DNA from: an uncultured Acidobacteriota bacterium | GTDB taxonomy: Bacteria; Acidobacteriota; Terriglobia; 20CM-2-55-15 | Assembly: GCA_963836435.1 (NCBI GenBank) | Contig: CAWIJI010000011.1 | Coordinates: 9,678-73,677, forward strand | Reading direction: 5' to 3' | DNA: 64,000 nt | In this document: piece after piece, positions 19,829 through 29,727 of the stretch | How positions within the stretch are numbered: position 1 is the first letter of the stretch | How the letters are laid out: every line of letters begins with the position of its first letter | The notes under the pieces: model-generated | The model's input: the letters and a program-made list of their open reading frames with translations, nothing else | Told to the model about the DNA's origin: nothing | The model's database searches: none | Made by a program: the position numbers and the translations under genes

Positions 19829-21630
19829 AGCTTCAGCAGGATCTCCATTCGTGTCCCTTCAGGTTCAAGACGTTCGATGTGGAATTCTGCCGCGTCGCCG
19901 CAGGCATGCTTCAGGCGCTCGCGAGTATTGGTCAGCCCGACGCCCCCGGGACGCTCCTGAACAAAACCCACGCCGGTGTCTTCCACCCTGAGGATCAATC
20001 GATTCGCATCCATATGCGCGCTGACGCGCACTTCGCCTCCTTCCAGTTTCTGGCCAATCCCGTGTCGAACGGCATTCTCGACAAGCGGCTGCAGGATCAT
20101 TGGGGGTATCGACAGGTTCCTCGCCGCAGAATCCACATCGAAACTGTAGGATAACCGGCTGTTGAAGCGGGCCTTCTCAATCGCGAGATAAGACTCCAGG
20201 AACCTTAGTTCGTCATCCAGCTTGACGGAATCGAGGCGCGTGGAATCGAGTGCATAACGGAACACCTCGGCCAGATCTTCGGTGACGCGTTCGGCCTTCT
20301 GCGGATTGCTCTCGATCAATGCCGCGAGCGTATTCAGCGTATTGAAAAGGAAGTGCGGGTTGATCTGCGCCTGCAGCGCGCGCATCTGCGCGCGGGCCGT
20401 AATCTCGCGAAGTTCATGCCTTTCGACTAGGCTTTGCCGTTCGCTGTCCTCGCGTTTCAGTTTTTGCCGCTGAGCGGCGATCTGCAAAGCCGCATACCGC
20501 AGCAGCCGCAACTGGCGGCTCATGTAAGGCCGGGCATGTTGCCGAGGCCCGAGAGACAGGACCAGGGGCGGTGAGTCGGGAATCTTAACGGTTGCTGCCG
20601 CTTTGGCCAGGGGCTCGGTTGAGATCTTCACCCAATCGGCGGTCATTTCCTCACCAAGTACCTGTGCGGCTCGCAGCTCGAATTCCGCAAGTTGATCGAT
20701 AGCCCGTATCGCAGCGCCGACTCGCTCCTCCTGTTCCTCGGCTGCTTCGTCGTAACCCAGAAACTTCCGCTCAACCCAACGGGAGAGTGGCGCTCTCGCC
20801 ACGGCAATGCCCATCGCCAGACTCGCGATCCAGAGCGGCCACCAATCGTTTTGCGGGCCCACACTGAGGCCAATGCAAAACGCAGAGAGCAGGGCAATGC
20901 CGGTGAGCGTCTCACGCAGGAAGACGTCCATGAACGGGAAGCGATACAGCCGGTAGGCCGTTCCGATGGTGGACGGAACGGACATCATGCCGGCCGCCAG
21001 ATCCAGCCACTGTCCGTTGTCTTGCAGAGCACCGGAGTATTTCAGGACCGCGGCGAACGTCAGCGCGGTGAGGGGCATCAGCAACCTGAGTAGACGTTTG
21101 GCGTGGACCGTAGGGCCATCGCCCGTAGCTCTCACGCGGTGTCTTCGAATCGCTCGCAGCGTCATGAGGAGAAGGAAATAGACCAGCATCATCCTGAGCG
21201 TGATCTGAACGGCGAGATCCAGATCGATCAAGGGGCGCTTCCCGAACAGGACAAGAAACACGGAAGCGATGGCGACGATAGTGAAGGTCCATTGAGGATA
21301 ACGCAGGACCCGGCCAAGCCCGGTCACGAAGGCCGCAATGCGCGACCCGTCCGTTGGTCCACGAAGCGCATAGGTGAGCAGCAGCGGAAACGTCACCAAC
21401 GCGCAGGACCAAAGTGCGTCTCCCAGAATGGGGTGAAACAGGCCGGACTTTTCCCACAGATTTCCGAACTGCCAGGAAAAACCGGTCAGGCAGACGGCGA
21501 CGCGTGCGATGGCCTCCTTGCGCTCCCTGTCCGTGGTGTGACGGTAGAGCTTCAGGACAAGCACGGTAAGTGCCCCATGAATTACAGAGCCGGCAGTGTA
21601 GGCGACGAGTTGTGTTTCGTGCAGGGTCAT
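19825..21630 (-). CDS. LytS/YehU-type sensor histidine kinase with polytopic N-terminal membrane domain
   Basis: His_kinase region LQAQINPHFLFNTLNTLAALI and a C-terminal HATPase. 4-nt overlap with the response regulator gene. Confidence 0.85.
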   Translation of the reverse strand: MTLHETQLVAYTAGSVIHGALTVLVLKLYRHTTDRERKEAIARVAVCLTGFSWQFGNLWEKSGLFHPILGDALWSCALVTFPLLLTYALRGPTDGSRIAAFVTGLGRVLRYPQWTFTIVAIASVFLVLFGKRPLIDLDLAVQITLRMMLVYFLLLMTLRAIRRHRVRATGDGPTVHAKRLLRLLMPLTALTFAAVLKYSGALQDNGQWLDLAAGMMSVPSTIGTAYRLYRFPFMDVFLRETLTGIALLSAFCIGLSVGPQNDWWPLWIASLAMGIAVARAPLSRWVERKFLGYDEAAEEQEERVGAAIRAIDQLAEFELRAAQVLGEEMTADWVKISTEPLAKAAATVKIPDSPPLVLSLGPRQHARPYMSRQLRLLRYAALQIAAQRQKLKREDSERQSLVERHELREITARAQMRALQAQINPHFLFNTLNTLAALIESNPQKAERVTEDLAEVFRYALDSTRLDSVKLDDELRFLESYLAIEKARFNSRLSYSFDVDSAARNLSIPPMILQPLVENAVRHGIGQKLEGGEVRVSAHMDANRLILRVEDTGVGFVQERPGGVGLTNTRERLKHACGDAAEFHIERLEPEGTRMEILLKL

Positions 21631-21754
21631 GACAGCAGGAATTCTTCCTCAGTGCATTTTCAACTCGGCGATGCAGCGCTCCATCGATGTGGCGCTGAGA
21701 TTCTCTTGCGGGTGAAGAATAGCGCCACCGACTGCCGCAGGGTTGATGCGCCGT

Positions 21755-23653
21755 TCAATACGCTTTCTCCCCGCCATTTGCGATGAGGCGAAGCGCCGTG
21801 GCAGTCGTTTGTCCCGGCGGAACTTCCACCGCAACGCCCTCGCTCTCGTGTGCCTGCACAAACTCTGTATTGAGGTAAGCCCCGTCGGGAAGGTTCTCCC
21901 AGGCGAACGCCTTGTAGCTGCCGGGCGAAACGCCGCGAATGCGAAAGTGCCCCTGCAGGTCGGTCAGGGTTGTCCTGTAGAGTGCGGCATTCAGACGGCG
22001 CGGGCCGGGAGGAACCAGAACGACGAGAGTCCGTCCCATCGGCTGAGTATCGCCGCGCGTCAGAATCCCTTCAACGCTGCCGCCATCTGATCGCACGATC
22101 ACCTCGATCGGGTCCGGTACCTTGTCGGTGACATAGAGGCCTGCATCATAAATGCTTGCGGCCCCCTGGCGCACGTCGGCAATGTAGGAATCCGCCGGGG
22201 CGCCATTCAGAATGACGCGGTAGGCTCCTTCCGCAACGGCCGGGACTGTAAACGATCCGTCCGCGTCCGGAGTTTGTTGGCGGCCGGCAACGGCTTGATA
22301 GTTGGCAATGTAAACCGAAGGTCCATCCGCCTGCAGGCCCACGCGGATCGCCGTTCCTTCAGGTGGAGCCTTCCCATCGACAGTAACTCTGCCGCGAACA
22401 TCCACGCTCGCATGAACCCTCACCACAATCCCCTCGACGTTGCGATTGCCGACCTCGAACGACGCACGTCCCCACGCCATGGACGCAAGCCCGTTGGACC
22501 CCGGCGTACCCCGGGGATCCTGAATCCGGCCGAACAACTCGTACGATCCGGGAAGAATGTCGCGGATCTCAAACGCCCCTGATGCCGGGTTCAAGCCGAC
22601 CGTACCGACGTTTCTGGCAATTTCGGGAATCGTGTAGTCCGTCCGTGCCAGCATCAGCTGGGCTGACGATGGTGTCCCCGACGTGTCCGCGCGGCCCAGG
22701 GAACTGACGACATTGCCGGATACCGTAACGGGCAGGATTGAACGCAAGGCGATATCGATGCCGCCCGCCTCCTCTCCGGCGTTCACGGCCACACGAAGCG
22801 CCCTGGCCGCATCCAGAGCATCTCCGTAAAAGGTTCGAACCGGGATTTCCTCGGGGGAAGCCGTCGCAGCGGACGCCGAAACCGCCGGGCTGTGGGGTGT
22901 GGCCGCAACGAGGTAGGAGCCGGGCTGCACCCAGGCGAGGCGGAACTCGCCACGATCGTCCGTCTGCTTCGCGGCAATTTGTGAGAGGGAAGGCTGCCCG
23001 TTCGGATATTCGATGGCGAACGCCTGAACGTTTGCGTTGTTGGCGAGGCGTCCGTTTGCATCGCGAACCCGTCCGCTGATGACGCCGCCGGGGACAAGAG
23101 CCACGGCGACCTGCAGCGGCGCCTGTTGCTCGGGAACGACCAGGGACGTGATGGCCGTTTGCGGAAGAGGAGGCGCGCCATTAGGCGAGGGGCCGAAGTA
23201 GCCTTCACGCTGCACAATCAGCGTATAGCGTCCCGGCGGCACGTCGCGGATCACGAAGCGGCCGCTGCCGTCGGACACGGTCTTGAGCGGCAGACTGGGA
23301 TTGGCCTTCATCAAAGACTGCATCGCCTCGACCGCCATCAACAAGGCAGGAGGCAATCCTTGCGCGCGAAACTGGTTGATCGTCACCTGCATTTCCTGCG
23401 CGCTCATTGTCATCAACTGGGCCGAGGCGCTTTGGAAGGCGGCGGCCTGAAGACCTATCGCCGAAACGCCCCCAGCCGCTGCGGCAACGCGGTCCGCCGG
23501 AATTCCGATTGTCAGCGTGATCTGCGCGTCGGCGATGGGATCTGTACCACCTGCACGAGTCACCGTCCCAGTGATCATCGTGCGTGTGGTTGTCGCCGAC
23601 GGCGTTGCCGTCTGCATCACGAACAGGGTGAGGAGTGACAGTAGTGTTTTCAT
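21755..23653 (-). CDS. secreted carboxypeptidase-regulatory-like domain repeat protein
   Basis: Signal peptide MKTLLSLLTLFVMQTA. Repeated GxVxD..G.P...A.V CarbopepD_reg-like modules. Confidence 0.7.
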   Translation of the reverse strand: MKTLLSLLTLFVMQTATPSATTTRTMITGTVTRAGGTDPIADAQITLTIGIPADRVAAAAGGVSAIGLQAAAFQSASAQLMTMSAQEMQVTINQFRAQGLPPALLMAVEAMQSLMKANPSLPLKTVSDGSGRFVIRDVPPGRYTLIVQREGYFGPSPNGAPPLPQTAITSLVVPEQQAPLQVAVALVPGGVISGRVRDANGRLANNANVQAFAIEYPNGQPSLSQIAAKQTDDRGEFRLAWVQPGSYLVAATPHSPAVSASAATASPEEIPVRTFYGDALDAARALRVAVNAGEEAGGIDIALRSILPVTVSGNVVSSLGRADTSGTPSSAQLMLARTDYTIPEIARNVGTVGLNPASGAFEIRDILPGSYELFGRIQDPRGTPGSNGLASMAWGRASFEVGNRNVEGIVVRVHASVDVRGRVTVDGKAPPEGTAIRVGLQADGPSVYIANYQAVAGRQQTPDADGSFTVPAVAEGAYRVILNGAPADSYIADVRQGAASIYDAGLYVTDKVPDPIEVIVRSDGGSVEGILTRGDTQPMGRTLVVLVPPGPRRLNAALYRTTLTDLQGHFRIRGVSPGSYKAFAWENLPDGAYLNTEFVQAHESEGVAVEVPPGQTTATALRLIANGGEKAY

Positions 23654-23784
23654 GCCGCAAGTCTGCGGCGGCTTCCGTGCGGCTCCAATGGAGTTCGGAC
23701 GAACAGCGAAAATCGTCGACGAACGGCGATTCAGAGCTCGAAAACCCAAAACCTCGGGCGTGGCTCACGGGGTAGAATCGAGCC

Positions 23785-24204
23785 ATGAAACCACGGATCA
23801 CCCTGTTGACTCTCGGCGTTGACGACCTCGATCGTTCGCTTGTCTTCTATCGCGATGGACTTGGATTTCCGACCGACGGTATTGTCGGCACGGAATTCGA
23901 GCATGGCGCCGTAGCGTTTTTCGATCTGCAGCCCGGCTTGAAGCTCGCTCTTTGGAATCGTGCGAACATCGCCTGGGATGCCGGCATTTCGCAGACGGGC
24001 AGGAGCTCAACGGAACTTGCAATTGGTCACAACGTGAGTTCCAGAGAGGAAGTCGATGACGTGATGGCCAGGGCCCGAAGGGCCGGCGCATCGATTGCAA
24101 AGCCGGCCCACGATACCTTCTGGGGCGGCTACCAGGGCTATTTTCAGGATCCGGACGGCCACCTTTGGGAGATCGCCTGGAACCCGCAGATTCAGGTGGA
24201 CTGA
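23785..24204 (+). CDS. VOC family protein (glyoxalase / bleomycin-resistance fold)
   Basis: 139 aa with a tandem beta-alpha-beta-beta-beta pattern, ending HLWEIAWNP. Confidence 0.85.
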   Translation: MKPRITLLTLGVDDLDRSLVFYRDGLGFPTDGIVGTEFEHGAVAFFDLQPGLKLALWNRANIAWDAGISQTGRSSTELAIGHNVSSREEVDDVMARARRAGASIAKPAHDTFWGGYQGYFQDPDGHLWEIAWNPQIQVD

Positions 24205-24283
24205 ACTGGAAGGCCGGCGAAGATCATTTCGATTTCCTGTCACGATCGACAGGATTGACGAAAAGTAATCTATAGGATACATT

Positions 24284-24784
24284 TTGATGATGCATGTCGG
24301 CTATCACGTCATGGCCTGGAGACGACTCCGAGGGCTCACGCAGGAGGGGCTGGGTGAACGGGCCAACCTGAGCCGCCCGTACCTGTCGCGTCTGGAAAAA
24401 GGGAAAACAGATCCTGCGTTGTCGAGCCTGCGTCGCTTGGCGCTGGCGCTCGATGTCACCGTGGGACAGTTGGTTGAAGAACTCCCTCCCCAACAGCCGC
24501 TGAGCCGGGAGGAGATGGATCGGCTGGCGAGGGGTGCGCTGCACCCCGGAACGCGAGACGCGCACAGTCACAATGGAACGCGCGTTCTTGCATTGATGAA
24601 TCGAGAGCGCCGGAAAGCTCTGGGCTTCTATACCCCCAGGAAGAAAACCTCTTTAAATCCGGGGCCGCACTCGTCGGCCGTCAATGCCGCACGATGGCTG
24701 CGCGCGTCGCTGGGAGAAAAACAATGGAACGCCATTTTGCGGCGTATTGATAAGTTGGCAACCTCCGAACCGGCCGCCTCGTGA
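24284..24784 (+). CDS. XRE-family helix-turn-helix transcriptional regulator
   Basis: HTH LRGLTQEGLGERANLSRPYLSRLEKGK. The stop overlaps the downstream start (GTGA). Confidence 0.85.
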   Translation: MMMHVGYHVMAWRRLRGLTQEGLGERANLSRPYLSRLEKGKTDPALSSLRRLALALDVTVGQLVEELPPQQPLSREEMDRLARGALHPGTRDAHSHNGTRVLALMNRERRKALGFYTPRKKTSLNPGPHSSAVNAARWLRASLGEKQWNAILRRIDKLATSEPAAS

Positions 24785-25398
24785 AAGCCGCCGACATCCA
24801 CCGATTTTTTGAAGACCTGAACCGTCGCATCGATCAACCCGTCCGGATTCTGCTGACGGGAGGCGCTGCAGCCACTCTCCAGGGAACGACTCGGGCAACT
24901 TTCGATATCGACTTCGAAGTACGGATCAAAACCGGCGTGTGGGATCACGTACAGCGAGCCATTCAGGAAACATCAACCGCCACCGGCATTGCCGCACAGT
25001 ATGGCGAAGACATCGACCACTGGTCGTCCATCGCATTGCCTGCGAAGAAGAGCCGCCTGTACAGGCGTTTCGGTAAAGTGGAGGTTCGCATTCTGGACCC
25101 TGCCCTCTGGGCGATCGGCAAGCTGGCGCGATATCTGTCCAGCGATGTTCAGGACATGCGGATCGTTCTGAAGGCAACGAAGACGAAGCCAAATACGACA
25201 GTGAAGTTGTGGGGAACGGCTTTGGGTCTCAGCCCCGCGTCCAGCGCCCAGGGCTCGTTTCGCAAGCAGGTGGAGAACTTCCTCGACGAATACGCGCATG
25301 AAGTCTGGGGTGCTCAGGCGGACCACGTTCGACTGAAAAAGCGGTTCATTGAAACCGCTCAATCAGCCCGGCGGCACAAACGCTCGCACAATGGATAG
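24781..25398 (+). CDS. nucleotidyltransferase-fold protein, AbiEii/AbiGii-toxin-like
   Basis: Pol-beta NTase signature LLTGGAAATLQGTTRATFDIDFEV (hG[GS]x9-13 DhD). Size and motif resemble the DUF1814/AbiEii class. Translationally coupled to the XRE regulator. Confidence 0.55.
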   Translation: MKAADIHRFFEDLNRRIDQPVRILLTGGAAATLQGTTRATFDIDFEVRIKTGVWDHVQRAIQETSTATGIAAQYGEDIDHWSSIALPAKKSRLYRRFGKVEVRILDPALWAIGKLARYLSSDVQDMRIVLKATKTKPNTTVKLWGTALGLSPASSAQGSFRKQVENFLDEYAHEVWGAQADHVRLKKRFIETAQSARRHKRSHNG

Positions 25399-25520
25399 CG
25401 AAGTGGAACTCTGGCAGCGGCAGCCCGTCACCTGCCGCCTGATTCGTCGATCCGCCGCAGCTTTTCGGTCACCCCGTACCCCCTCCGCGCTGCGCCGCAG
25501 CAGATGAAGGCCGGCTGGGT

Positions 25521-26609
25521 CTATTCCTCGGAATCGGCCTTCCCAAACTTCCCGGAGATGACCGACCCCTTGATCTTGTCGAAACGGGCGAGGGCGGCAT
25601 CAAGATAGAGGGACGCAAACAACGAGGCGATGCTGACAATCAGCGCCACGCGCACGAAGTCCTGAGGGGAGAGCGCGGGATTCACCGTTCCTGACACGCC
25701 GATCTCCGCAAGCAGGTACAGCATCGCGCCGACAATGCCAGCCACCACTCCGAGGGCCGTATCCAGAACGATGACCATGCTCGTTACGGAGTCACCTCTT
25801 CGAATCGAACGGAGGGTTTGCATTCCTGCGCCCAGAAAACCTGCCGCACTGACCGCGAGAAAGAGGACGGGCAGCGAAAAACGGCCTTCGTCCCATTTCC
25901 CGAAAATCGCGGGCGCCCCGAGGAAAGGGAAGGTTAAGAAGAAAACCCATAGAACCATCGCCAACAGGAGGACTAGAAGCTCGAGGACGATCAGCCGCAT
26001 TGAAGTTCGGTCCAGTTTGGCCGCGCGCACGACACTCTCCAGCGTCTCCACGACCACTGTCCCGTTGAGCGCCTTTCCCCACGGAGCTGCAAGCAAGTCG
26101 ATTTCGCTGTCCTTCAGCGCGCCGTGGTAACACTCCTGCCGCCGGCTGCTGCCGTATTGCCAGAGCTTCATTGCGCCGCCGCCAAAGTCTCCGATGGGGA
26201 TCACCGGGATACCGAGCATCCATCCCGAAATTCCCGCAAGCACAACCCCGGCGCGGCCGCCTATGGTAAGCACCGCGTCCACTTCGCGGATCACTTCCAT
26301 ATTTGTCACGTCCCAGTCGGGAAAGGGGTGCCACACGGTTTTCAGATTCGGGTTCTTGTTTCCCTTGAAGGGTTCCGGCATTCCCTGAGGCGCGTGTACC
26401 TCGATCGATGCTTTGCCTTCGTTTGCCGACAAAGCTCCCTCAACAACACTGGGATCCACATCCTCGCTGTCGTCGGTTCCCACAATGATCACGTGCCCCC
26501 TGGTTGCCAGCGCCTTCCCGACCTCCCGGGCAGCGCTACGGATCTCATCGGCTCTATCTGGATCGTTGCGCACCGATCCCGCTACAAGAACTCTCAAGCC
26601 AACCTCCAC
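25521..26609 (-). CDS. degenerate SLOG/LOG-like Rossmann domain fused to a C-terminal 4-TM domain
   Basis: The N-terminal ~200 aa parallel the LOG core (VLVAGS... / HVIIVGTD... / VDAVLTIGGRAGVVLAGISGW... / IPVIPIG versus LOG ICVFCGSS / LVYGGGS / DAFIALPGGYGTLEEL / KPVGLLN), but lack the catalytic GGGxGxMG and PGGxGTxxE motifs. The C-terminal 160 aa form four hydrophobic helices. Confidence 0.55.
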   Translation of the reverse strand: MEVGLRVLVAGSVRNDPDRADEIRSAAREVGKALATRGHVIIVGTDDSEDVDPSVVEGALSANEGKASIEVHAPQGMPEPFKGNKNPNLKTVWHPFPDWDVTNMEVIREVDAVLTIGGRAGVVLAGISGWMLGIPVIPIGDFGGGAMKLWQYGSSRRQECYHGALKDSEIDLLAAPWGKALNGTVVVETLESVVRAAKLDRTSMRLIVLELLVLLLAMVLWVFFLTFPFLGAPAIFGKWDEGRFSLPVLFLAVSAAGFLGAGMQTLRSIRRGDSVTSMVIVLDTALGVVAGIVGAMLYLLAEIGVSGTVNPALSPQDFVRVALIVSIASLFASLYLDAALARFDKIKGSVISGKFGKADSEE

Positions 26610-26822
26610 AGGGACTGGATTCTTTCTCTGTCGTGCGAGTGCGGCTGATTTTACGATGGGGCTATCCCTTTGTTAAGCCGCTATTGCGCCGGCGCTCTGA
26701 ACTTGCGGGAATTCTCCGCCGACAGGGAAACCAACGCCCGAAAGTCGGGGCGGGCGGTTCTTGAGCCCCGGGGGTTGTCGGGCCATACTCCACCATCGCG
26801 GAAGAAAAGCAGGCTTGTTAGA

Positions 26823-28808
26823 ATGCTGGATATGCAGGTTCATCCCTCCGCTTGTCCCCTGGATTGTCCGGACCGATGCGCGCTGGACGTGACCGTCGAC
26901 AACGGACGCGTCGTGAAAATCGACGGCTCTTCCCGGTCGGATTACACCAACGGCTATATCTGTTCGAAGGTACGGCATTTCACCCAGCGTGAGTATTCTC
27001 CGGAGCGCGTGCTGCATCCGATGCGGCGAACGGGCGCCAAAGGCAGCGGAAAATTTGAAATCATTTCCTGGAGCGAGGCGCTGCAACAGATTGCGAAACG
27101 ATTCGCGGAGCTGGCGGACTCGGTCGGGCCGGAGTCCATACTGCCGTTTCACTACGACGGATCAAATGGCCTGATCAGTTCTCTGGGAATGGACGAGCGA
27201 TTGTGGAATCGGATCGGAACGAGCCAGCTTGCAAGGACATTCTGCGCAGCCAACACGGGGGCAGCCTGGTCTTCCGTATTTGGCGACCTTGCCGGATGCG
27301 ATCCGATGGACATTCGTGAATCGGACGCCGTGGTCCTCTGGGGAGTGAACCCCTCCGTCACGGGCATTCACATGGTTCCGTGGGTGCGGGAGGCCAGGGC
27401 GAAAGGGGCCTTTATCGCGGTCGTCGATCCTCGGCGTACGCCGCTCGCCCGCGATGCCGATCTGCACCTTCCTGTGCTTCCGGGCACGGATGTGGCGGTC
27501 GCGATGGCGATGATCCGCGTCGCCTGCGAAGAAAATCTTACCGATCGGGACTTCATCGGGCGATGGACTCGCGGGGCCGACGCGCTTCTGAAGGCAACGT
27601 GCACCGCCGAAGAGGCCGCCGTCCTGTCAGGGGTGCCGGCGGAAAGGATTCGCGCGCTTCCGCGGGCACTCGCCCGGGCGAAGGCTCCGTTTTTTCGGGT
27701 GGGGTGGGGACTCGAGCGAAACCGTAACGGTACGGATGCGCTGCGCGCGGTGCTTTCGCTGCGCGCCCTGATGGGCCGATTCGGCCGGCGGGGAAGTGGT
27801 GTCCTGATCTCCACAACAGCCGGGTATGGCATGGATCGCGCACCGGCGGCCGCGCCGCATCTGAGAAAACGGCCTGCGCGCACAATCAACATGAGCCAAC
27901 TGGGTATGGCACTGGAAGAGACGCGAGACCCGGAGATCCGCGCCCTGTTCGTCTACAATTCAAACCCCGTCGCGACGGCGCCCAACCAGGCGCGAGTTGT
28001 GCGCGCGATGTCCCGCGAGTCGCTGTTCACCGTCGTCCACGAGCAGATCTGGACGGACACCTGCGATTACGCGGATATCGTTCTTCCCGCTACGACCTTT
28101 CTCGAGCACAAGGAGCTATCCCGGAGCTACAGCGGCTACTCCCTGCAATGGAGTGACGCCGTCGTCAACACGCCAGGTGAAGCAAAGCCGAACCATTGGG
28201 TATTTTCGGAACTGGCAAAAGCGATGCGCTTTGAAGACCCCGAACTGCGGATCAGCGAGGAGGAACTCGCCCGCAGTGTGGTGAAGAATGCGGATGAAGT
28301 CAGAGACCGGGGCTACCTGGCGGTATCCCGTCCCGTGGCGTTCGTCGATGCGTTTCCGTCTCGAGGCTACGTGGATCTCGCAGGAGCGGCGCCGCCGCGG
28401 TATCGGCCGCCGTTCGTCGATGCGGATCTTCCGCTGATTCTGATTTCGCCTTCCAGCGACAAGGCCATCTCATCCCAGCTCTTCGAGTCGATGCCGCGCG
28501 GTGCGGCCAAGGTCGCGCTTGCGCCCCAGGAGGCAGAGCGTCGCGGTCTGCGTGAAGGGGGCGAAGTTCGGGTTCGCAATTCGTTCGGCACGGTGGTCGC
28601 GACGCTGACGATTTCCAAAGATATTCCTGAAGGCGTGGCGTCGATTCCGAAGGGATTGTGGCGGCGTTCCACGAAGAATTCCTGGACCGCCAATGCGCTT
28701 GCGCCCGATCACGTGGATTCTCTGGGTGGTGGGGCCTGCTACAACGACGCGCGTGTCGAGATCGAGGCTTGTTTTCCTGCAGCGGATTTGCAGGAAAAGC
28801 CGCGTTAG
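26823..28808 (+). CDS. molybdopterin-dependent oxidoreductase (MopB superfamily; N-terminal 4Fe-4S cysteine cluster, no Tat signal)
   Basis: CPLDCPDRCAL cluster at the N-terminus. Molybdopterin-binding and C-terminal MopB_CT-like regions. Confidence 0.85.
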   Translation: MLDMQVHPSACPLDCPDRCALDVTVDNGRVVKIDGSSRSDYTNGYICSKVRHFTQREYSPERVLHPMRRTGAKGSGKFEIISWSEALQQIAKRFAELADSVGPESILPFHYDGSNGLISSLGMDERLWNRIGTSQLARTFCAANTGAAWSSVFGDLAGCDPMDIRESDAVVLWGVNPSVTGIHMVPWVREARAKGAFIAVVDPRRTPLARDADLHLPVLPGTDVAVAMAMIRVACEENLTDRDFIGRWTRGADALLKATCTAEEAAVLSGVPAERIRALPRALARAKAPFFRVGWGLERNRNGTDALRAVLSLRALMGRFGRRGSGVLISTTAGYGMDRAPAAAPHLRKRPARTINMSQLGMALEETRDPEIRALFVYNSNPVATAPNQARVVRAMSRESLFTVVHEQIWTDTCDYADIVLPATTFLEHKELSRSYSGYSLQWSDAVVNTPGEAKPNHWVFSELAKAMRFEDPELRISEEELARSVVKNADEVRDRGYLAVSRPVAFVDAFPSRGYVDLAGAAPPRYRPPFVDADLPLILISPSSDKAISSQLFESMPRGAAKVALAPQEAERRGLREGGEVRVRNSFGTVVATLTISKDIPEGVASIPKGLWRRSTKNSWTANALAPDHVDSLGGGACYNDARVEIEACFPAADLQEKPR

Positions 28809-29023
28809 ACAAGACTTTTCTCCTTTATCCGGGGCGCGAACCGCAGAGTGAGGACGTCGTTTTCCAGAGAAGTCTGGCCGCCTGCTGGTTTGCCAGGCCG
28901 GCGTGAAGACCTTCGATCTCAAGACTGGAGCGGCGAAGGGAGCTCTCACCATCCCCACAGCCAACCCCTTTTGCAATGACCTTACCGTGCGGGCCGACGG
29001 GTCGATCTTTGAAAGGGCGCGAG

Positions 29024-29190
29024 CACGCCGGAGGCGTGCTGAGAATTTAGCCCCGGGTTAAGCGAGCGCAACCCGGGGTTGCCGTAACGGAGATGTTTGC
29101 ACCCCGGCAGGGGTGCAGGGATTCCTCGCACACCCCTGCCCTTGCCCTGCCGGGGTGCGAACGACCCTCGTGAGATGAACCCGGGTGTCG
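29024..29190 (+). repeat. MITE-like hairpin repeat family, copy 1 (partial; lacks terminal TIR module)
   Basis: Shares the cacgccggaggcgtg / ccccgggttaagcgagcg..cccgggg / caccccggcaggggtg / gtgagatgaacccgggtgtcg modules with the copies at 34.6, 48.2, 54.1, 58.7 and 60.1 kb. Confidence 0.8.
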
Positions 29191-29268
29191 AAGCTGCTTA
29201 CCGCAACCACTCCCCAGCGGAAGCCGAAGAAGAATCTCCTGGATACGTTCGGGGTGCACGGCCCGAAT

Positions 29269-29593
29269 TCAGTATTGGGGGATGGTGGGGTCTACTGTCA
29301 CGGACCAGAGATCGATACCGCCGCTCATGCTGCGGGTCTGGGTCAGGCCCTGCTGGCGAAGGTAGACGGCGGCGCTCAGGCTGCGGACCCCGTGATGACA
29401 GACTGTGACGATGGGCGTGTCCTTCGGCCAGGTTTCCACGATTTCCTTTGCCAGCGTTTCGTCCACCAGGCGGCAGCCTTCGATTCGTGCAATTTCATAT
29501 TCCTGCGGCGTGCGTACATCGATCAACGTGACGGCGCCCTTCTTCATCAGCTCCGCCACTTCCGTTGGCGAGATTTCGAGGTTCGGTTCCATT
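29269..29593 (-). CDS. rhodanese-like domain protein
   Basis: Active-site loop CHHGVRS. About 108 aa from MEPNLEISPTEV. Confidence 0.8.
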
Positions 29594-29727
29594 GTCGTTA
29601 CTCCGTAAACAGCATTGGTGCAACTTCGTTGAGGTTGCGCTGCCATACCGGATACGCATGAGCGCCGCCGGTGATGCGATAGATATGCTCGACCTTGTGT
29701 CTCGCAAGTGAGGTTTCATGGCCGGGA

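Noticed and set aside
24781-26609. Idea that the AbiEii-like NTase is a cGAS/SMODS-type signal synthase feeding the SLOG-TM protein as in CBASS
   Set aside because: Not rejected outright. However, the NTase motif (GGx12DID, about 200 aa) fits the AbiEii/MNT class better than SMODS/CD-NTases, and the genes are convergent rather than co-transcribed. A functional link is left as a hypothesis in the findings rather than asserted.
28809-29268. Short ORFs (29047..29259, 29097..29408, 29185..29661) and similar ones at each repeat copy (34634..34993, 54183..54676, 58633..59023, 60058..60384)
   Set aside because: They lie inside the hairpin-rich MITE-like repeats and translate to Pro/Arg/Gly-rich low-complexity peptides. 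These are artefacts of the GC-rich palindromes.
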